From Octopus sinensis (Eukaryota), in contig NW_021826972.1 in assembly GCF_006345805.1 (NCBI RefSeq), positions 1 through 11,773 on the forward strand: a stretch of DNA of 11,773 nucleotides. Direction: 5' to 3'. Every line of letters begins with the position of its first letter. Position 1 is the first letter of the stretch. A program made the translations under genes and the position numbers. Positions 8,829 through 11,773 of the stretch are shown one piece after another. Below the pieces are notes generated by a model, which ran no database searches, was not told the DNA's origin, and saw only the letters and a program-made list of their open reading frames with translations.

Positions 8829-9792
8829 TTATATACGACGGGCTTCTTTCAGCTTCCGTCTACCAAATCCACTCACAAGGCTTTGGTCGGCCCGAGGCTA
8901 TAGTAGAAGACACTTGCCCAAGGTGCTACACAGTGGGACTGAACCGGGAACCATGTGGTTGGTAAGCAAGCTACTTACCACACAGCCACTCCTACGCCTG
9001 TATATTTCTCCATTTTCTGTACTTCTTTACTTACCCCCTTACTACATTTTCTTACAGATATTTCATGCTAAGGAATTGCTCACTTTTTGCTAACATACTT
9101 TTACTATATTTTTACCTGTGTTTCCTTTGTAAGCTTTTCAATATCATTCAATTTTCAATAGCATTTAAACTAAATTAATACATTAAACATACTATTTTCT
9201 AAAGTTAATTCTATTTTTCCCTAGTTGTCTAATTCCTACCGATAAGGCGATTACCTTAAATACGTCTACCTTCGTAAGTCTTCTCACATTACATCTAAAA
9301 TACAAAACTATTAGGAATTGTTGACAATTTAGTTTTCGATTTCAATTCTTCAATCATCTCTTTTATAATCATCGCCAAATTTCTTTCTTTTCCTGCAATC
9401 TCTCTTTTCCCTTATCTTCTACTTCTTCCTACAACTTTCCCTCTTAGCCTATATTCCCAAAACAATCTCCATCGTTACACTATTTCCTTCTCCTTTTTTT
9501 CCCTCCGTCTCCTCTGCATTCAATTCTTCTATTTCTTCTTAATACTTTCCATGATTGAAGAGATAGCAATGTTTTCAAAGATTTCAGCATGTTCGTATTC
9601 TTGGAATAATTGCAAGCCGTTATGAAGTAGTGTACATTATCAACAAAGCAAACAGAGACAGCGAACAACGTTTCGTGCCTAGCTCAGGGACACTGCTGCA
9701 CCACAGAATGGCTTTAAGATTTGTACTAATGGCATTATCCATAACCTTTGCCTTCAACTATATTCATCATACAATTAAATATTAGCGTGATT

Positions 9793-10056
9793 GTATGTAT
9801 GGTTGTATGTATGTATGTATGTAGGTATGTGTGTATGTATGTATGTGTGTATGTATGTATGTATGTATGTATGTATGCATGTGTGTATGTATGTATGTAT
9901 ATACATATATATTTAAATATATATATGTGTATATATATATGTATATATATATATATGTATATATATATATCTATATATATGTATATATAATATATTGTAT
10001 ATGTATATATATGTATATGTATATTATATGTATATATATGTATATGTATATATATA
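9793..10056. repeat. (TATG)n grading into (TA)n microsatellite
   Basis: Directly visible. Confidence 0.95.
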
Positions 10057-10277
10057 CACAGAGGGATAACTATATGTAATCACATAGACATACAAACTAT
10101 GTATATTTTGTACTGTGTGTTGTGATTGATTGAGTGAGTGGAGAGAGAGAGAGACAGGAACAGAACAGACAGACAGATTGAGGGAGTGTACGAGTGTACA
10201 TTGAAACGGTGTGTCGAACTAACATGCCTTGTTTTATTTCGAACCAATTCGGTTATACATTTTTTTTAATTCACGCT

Positions 10278-10422
10278 CCACTTCATCTTTCATCTTTCTT
10301 CAGAGTTGATTTTAAAAAGTACAAGACGACCATACAATGTGCATGGGTCGATATGATCAACTAAACCTCTTGAAGGCGTTTTCAAAGCCTGGCTGCAGTT
10401 CAGAGACTGAAGCAATAGAAAG
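10278..10422 (+). mobile_element. Old degraded SINE fragment
   Basis: GGGTCGATATGATCAACTAAA...GAAGGCG...GCCTGGCTGCAGT...GACTGAAGCAA aligns with the family A 3' end. Upstream CTTTCATCTTT...AAGTACAAG weakly resembles the family B domain. Confidence 0.5.
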
Positions 10423-10980
10423 GAAGGCAGTAAGAACAAGAGTAAAGAATCAGATAGAGGAAGAGGAGGTATGAGAGGCGAGGTAGCGAAGTGGTGAGGA
10501 GGAGGAGGAGGAGGAAGAAGAAGAAGAAGAAGGAGAAGGAGAAGGAGGAGGAAAAGAAGAAGAAGAAGAAGAGAAGAAGAAGGAGAGGGAGAAACAGAAA
10601 AGAAGACGAAGAAGGCGTAGGGTTCGATAGGAGGAGGAAAGGAAGAAGTAGAAGAGGAAGAAGAAGAGGGAAGAGGGAGAGAGAAGAAGAAGAAGGAAGA
10701 ATAAGAAGAAGAAGGAAAATAAACAGAAGAAGAAGATGAATCAAAGTAGAAGAAGAAGAGAAGAATAAGAAGAAAAGAAGAAGAAGAAGAAGGAAGGAAG
10801 AGGGAAGAGGTAGAGAAGAAGAAGAAGAAGGAAGAAGAGGGAAGAGGTAGAGAAGAAGAAGAAGAAGAAGAAGAAGAAGAAGAAGAAGAAGAAGAAAAAG
10901 AAGAAGAAGAATCGAAGTGAAAGTAGGTAGAATCGGGAGAAAAGGAGTAAGGAGGAGGAGGAGTAGGAGGAGGCAGAGGA
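10423..10980. repeat. Long polypurine (GAA/GGA)n tract
   Basis: Directly visible; includes repeated GAAGAGGGAAGAGGTAGAGAAGAAG blocks. Confidence 0.95.
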
Positions 10981-11157
10981 ATGTGACAACGTCGACAACA
11001 ATGGAAGTTTTCTGATTTTGAGATTAGCAGAAAAGTTTGCTTTTCTATTTTCTGGACTGAACAAATTCGTAGCAAAGACTGTCAATTTAATCGATGTACA
11101 CCATCGGTCTCAGCCAAAGAACATTTTTGTATCGGCCGAAGATGAAGACAGTTGTGA

Positions 11158-11176
11158 GGGTGGGGTTGGGTGGGGG
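11158..11176 (+). other. Potential G-quadruplex
   Basis: GGG-T-GGGG-TT-GGG-T-GGGGG: four G-runs with 1-2 nt loops. Confidence 0.55.
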
Positions 11177-11375
11177 TGGCAACCAAAAGATTGTTGGAGC
11201 GAAGTAGAATGAATCGTGAGGAAAAATGTGTGTTCTTCATCTTCATCAGATCGAGATAATATTTTGACATCCTACGCTCATGGAACTTATCCTCCGCCTT
11301 GCTTTCTCCATGCTTGAAAGCCTACAAATTGTATTTATCGCAGACACTAATGACCAAAGAGACTTTTCCTTTCAG

Positions 11376-11479
11376 ATATGAGTATCAGGGCTTTCACCCC
11401 CATCCTCCACCGTCACCCAACGCACCTTGAGACGAATCGTCTCAAGTCGCCATCAGCGAGCAGAAACGGAATGCAATGA
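11376..11479 (+). CDS. Candidate terminal coding exon, gene not identified
   Basis: Branch-like CACTAAT (11345-11351), then CTTTTCCTTTCAG acceptor, then GC-richer sequence. Frames: YEYQGFHPHPPPSPNAP* (stop 11428-30) or MSIRAFTPILHRHPTHLETNRLKSPSASRNGMQ* (stop 11477-79). AATAAA at 11685-11690. Confidence 0.42.
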
Positions 11480-11773
11480 GACAGACTACGTGTGTCCGTC
11501 GTGAAACACACGTCCACATCGTATCGTGGAAGTGGTAGGCGTGGCGTTTCGGTGAATCCAGTTCGCAAATTAGTTTCGTCCCTAAAGCCCATCGAGAAGG
11601 CATGAATCTCAATCTCCCATCGCTCCTTCCCCTTAGCTCCTCTCCTCGAAAGTTCAATTAGCGGTTAATTGGCAGATAGTTGCAAATAAAAATTCCAAGC
11701 TAAAGACGAAAAGCAGACAATCGATGTTTGACTTCATCTCACAGACTTACATTAGATAAGTAAGCCTTGAAAT

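Larger units (their letters stand above)
8182..8998 (-). mobile_element. Family A SINE, full length, with an insertion in its internal (TA)n
   Basis: Head and core at 8835-8998; 3' half at about 8210-8400; (AAAGAGT)-type tail at 8182-8210. Homologous to 2493-2888. Confidence 0.92.

Noticed and set aside
9588-9785. ~65-codon open frame after TTTCAG (HVRILGIIASRY...)
   Set aside because: Weak pyrimidine tract, no clear donor and no recognisable protein; cannot be supported.
10290-11085. 261-aa and overlapping ORFs
   Set aside because: Translations of the (GAA/GGA)n tract.
11130-11250. Minus-strand CTGATGA followed by a stem
   Set aside because: No GAAA after the stem and no stems I or III.
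11473-11520. ATGA...GAAACACACGTC as a hammerhead or SECIS
   Set aside because: Lacks CUGA and stem I; lacks the AA motif at SECIS spacing.

Overview
Eukaryotic, AT-rich, microsatellite-dense intronic or intergenic DNA. The SINE sequences are ones I recognise from memory as Octopus (coleoid cephalopod) repeats; this was not database-checked. None of the supplied ORFs looks like an intact gene. The window holds several tRNA-derived SINEs (two as head + 184-bp multimers with the same junction), two decayed RTE-type LINE reverse-transcriptase remnants (one interrupted by a SINE and a TA-flanked Tc1/mariner-type MITE), and two candidate + strand exons. The main result is three hammerhead-type RNA motifs. 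One is a canonical type I hammerhead (8630-8726) in a (TA)n-embedded element. The other two (3606-3728 +, 4010-4130 -) are sequence-dissimilar, convergent motifs that fold by hand into the same non-circularly permuted hammerhead: strand order UH / GAAA / CUGANGA, with stem II replaced by a three-helix junction. Each of these two carries one core substitution, so they may be decayed copies.
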